Origin: Curvularia clavata
Lineage: Eukaryota
NCBI GenBank assembly: GCA_023920165.1
Contig: CP089274.1
Coordinates: forward strand, 930,001 to 994,000
DNA length: 64,000 nt
Reading direction: 5' to 3'
The notes under the pieces were generated by a model that did no database searches, was not told the DNA's origin, and saw nothing but the letters and a program-made list of their open reading frames with translations. Numbering within the stretch: position 1 is the stretch's first letter; each line of letters opens with the position of its first letter. Of this stretch, positions 62,823 to 64,000 are shown piece by piece. The position numbers were made by a program, and so were the translations under genes.

Positions 62823-64000
62823 ATGGAGCAGACACCGATTGCGCAGATCAGCCCCGAGCTGGTCGCGCTCGAATCCAAGCATTTCCGGGCCACGGTCACG
62901 TTGATATGGCCGTACTCGTCGTCGGCGCGGCAGTTGGCCCTTCTCCTCGCAGAGCCAGACGTCCGTTCAAGGCGAAGGAACGGGCAAGTCAGGGCCCGTT
63001 TCTCAGGCGCCAGCGCAAAAGCTATTGCGACAACAGGCATAGGCATCGGCGATGAGGTTGTGTTGAGTCTGAGGGGCGCGCAATTTGTGTCTGAGGGCAC
63101 TGTCAGCACGCCTGGAAAGAGCATCGATTGGGAGCTGGAATACGCCCAGACAGTTGTGATTCGTGTATTCCGCCACAGTGAGGAAACAGCAAATATCGAG
63201 CTCATTGATGCACCACCTACACAGACCCCGAAGTCACCGCTCCACCAACAATCTCGAGCAGCTCCGAGCCCAACGCTGAAATTCTCGTCTCCCGCTTTCC
63301 TGAAGCGTGCGCGCCTTTCTGATGGGCCCTTTTTTGAAGCGTCGTACGACCCCCTACTCGATGAGGCCGACGAAGGTCACGACAAAAAGCGGCGGAGGAA
63401 ATCATATCGGGACTGGAAAGCATGGACATACAGCGCAAGGACACCTTCGCCCGAGAAGGAGGATGTAACAATGGATGACGAACTCGAATTGCTCGAGGCT
63501 TCGCCTAGCCGCGCAGCGCAACTCCCTCGAACGCCCACTTCACCTTCAAAATCCGCTGTTGTACCCGCAGCAGAGACACCCCAGCATGCTCAAGACAACA
63601 AGCAGATAGGATTGGAGACCTCTACAGATAACAATGTCCTGCCACCGGATGCCGAATACGCTTTTGGTGGCGATACCGAAGTGGACACCGAAGTTAACAC
63701 CGAAGAAGAAGACCCTGCGCAAGGAGAGGCAGAGGCAAACCAAACGAACACGACTGAGGGTAACATCGAAGGGGTCCAGCGTACGGAGCGCGAAGCTTTG
63801 GAAAATAATACAGTCGCTGCGTCGCAAGTGAGGGTGGCGGTTGAGACGAGTGGGGATGTTGTAGAGGTCGATGACAAGGAGCAAGCTACCGAGACAGCAT
63901 CACCATCACGACAGTTTGATGCTCCGAGACTCGCCATGCCTCCTCCTACCTTATTGACCCTTCAAAACGATCTACAGAGTACTTCCTCTGCCGGACTCTT
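62823..64000 (+). CDS. 5' part of a protein with an N-terminal OB-fold-like domain (POT1/Cdc13-type family), running off the window end
   Basis: Not in the ORF track because no stop occurs in the window. Reads MEQTPIAQISPEL...ATVTLIWPYSSSARQLALLLAEPDVRSRRRNGQVRARFSGASAKAIATTGIGIGDEVVLSL, then an acidic disordered region. The family assignment is from recollection of similar fungal proteins. Confidence 0.55.
   Translation, partial: MEQTPIAQISPELVALESKHFRATVTLIWPYSSSARQLALLLAEPDVRSRRRNGQVRARFSGASAKAIATTGIGIGDEVVLSLRGAQFVSEGTVSTPGKSIDWELEYAQTVVIRVFRHSEETANIELIDAPPTQTPKSPLHQQSRAAPSPTLKFSSPAFLKRARLSDGPFFEASYDPLLDEADEGHDKKRRRKSYRDWKAWTYSARTPSPEKEDVTMDDELELLEASPSRAAQLPRTPTSPSKSAVVPAAETPQHAQDNKQIGLETSTDNNVLPPDAEYAFGGDTEVDTEVNTEEEDPAQGEAEANQTNTTEGNIEGVQRTEREALENNTVAASQVRVAVETSGDVVEVDDKEQATETASPSRQFDAPRLAMPPPTLLTLQNDLQSTSSAGL

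Overview
Gene-dense, intron-containing eukaryotic DNA from a filamentous ascomycete (short GT-AG introns with CTAAC/CTGAC branch points; probably a Pleosporales-type Dothideomycete, which is inference). Most of the window is housekeeping: a protein kinase, Tra1/TRRAP, cytochrome c oxidase subunit Va (COX6), TFIIIC tau95, a PP2A B56 subunit, an ELO-family elongase, an Opi1-family regulator, a PDR-type ABC transporter, Taf6, a DDX60-like helicase, a DEDDy/HRDC exonuclease, a secreted PEBP protein, a divergent MFS + amidase pair and the start of a probable OB-fold (POT1-like) gene. The accessory material is: (i) a 28-33 kb island with an intact fungal NLR-like immune receptor (alpha/beta-hydrolase - NB-ARC - TPR), a palindrome-rich probable TE/LTR relic and a small orphan ORF; (ii) a complete, apparently intact 1.53 kb Tc1-type (DD34E) transposon with 36-bp TIRs and a TA duplication; and (iii) proline-rich small ORFs upstream of the DDX60-like helicase. 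Exon boundaries were read by eye and family names come from recognised motifs; no searches were run. Nothing here can be shown to be a new system from sequence alone, so the findings are ranked hypotheses.
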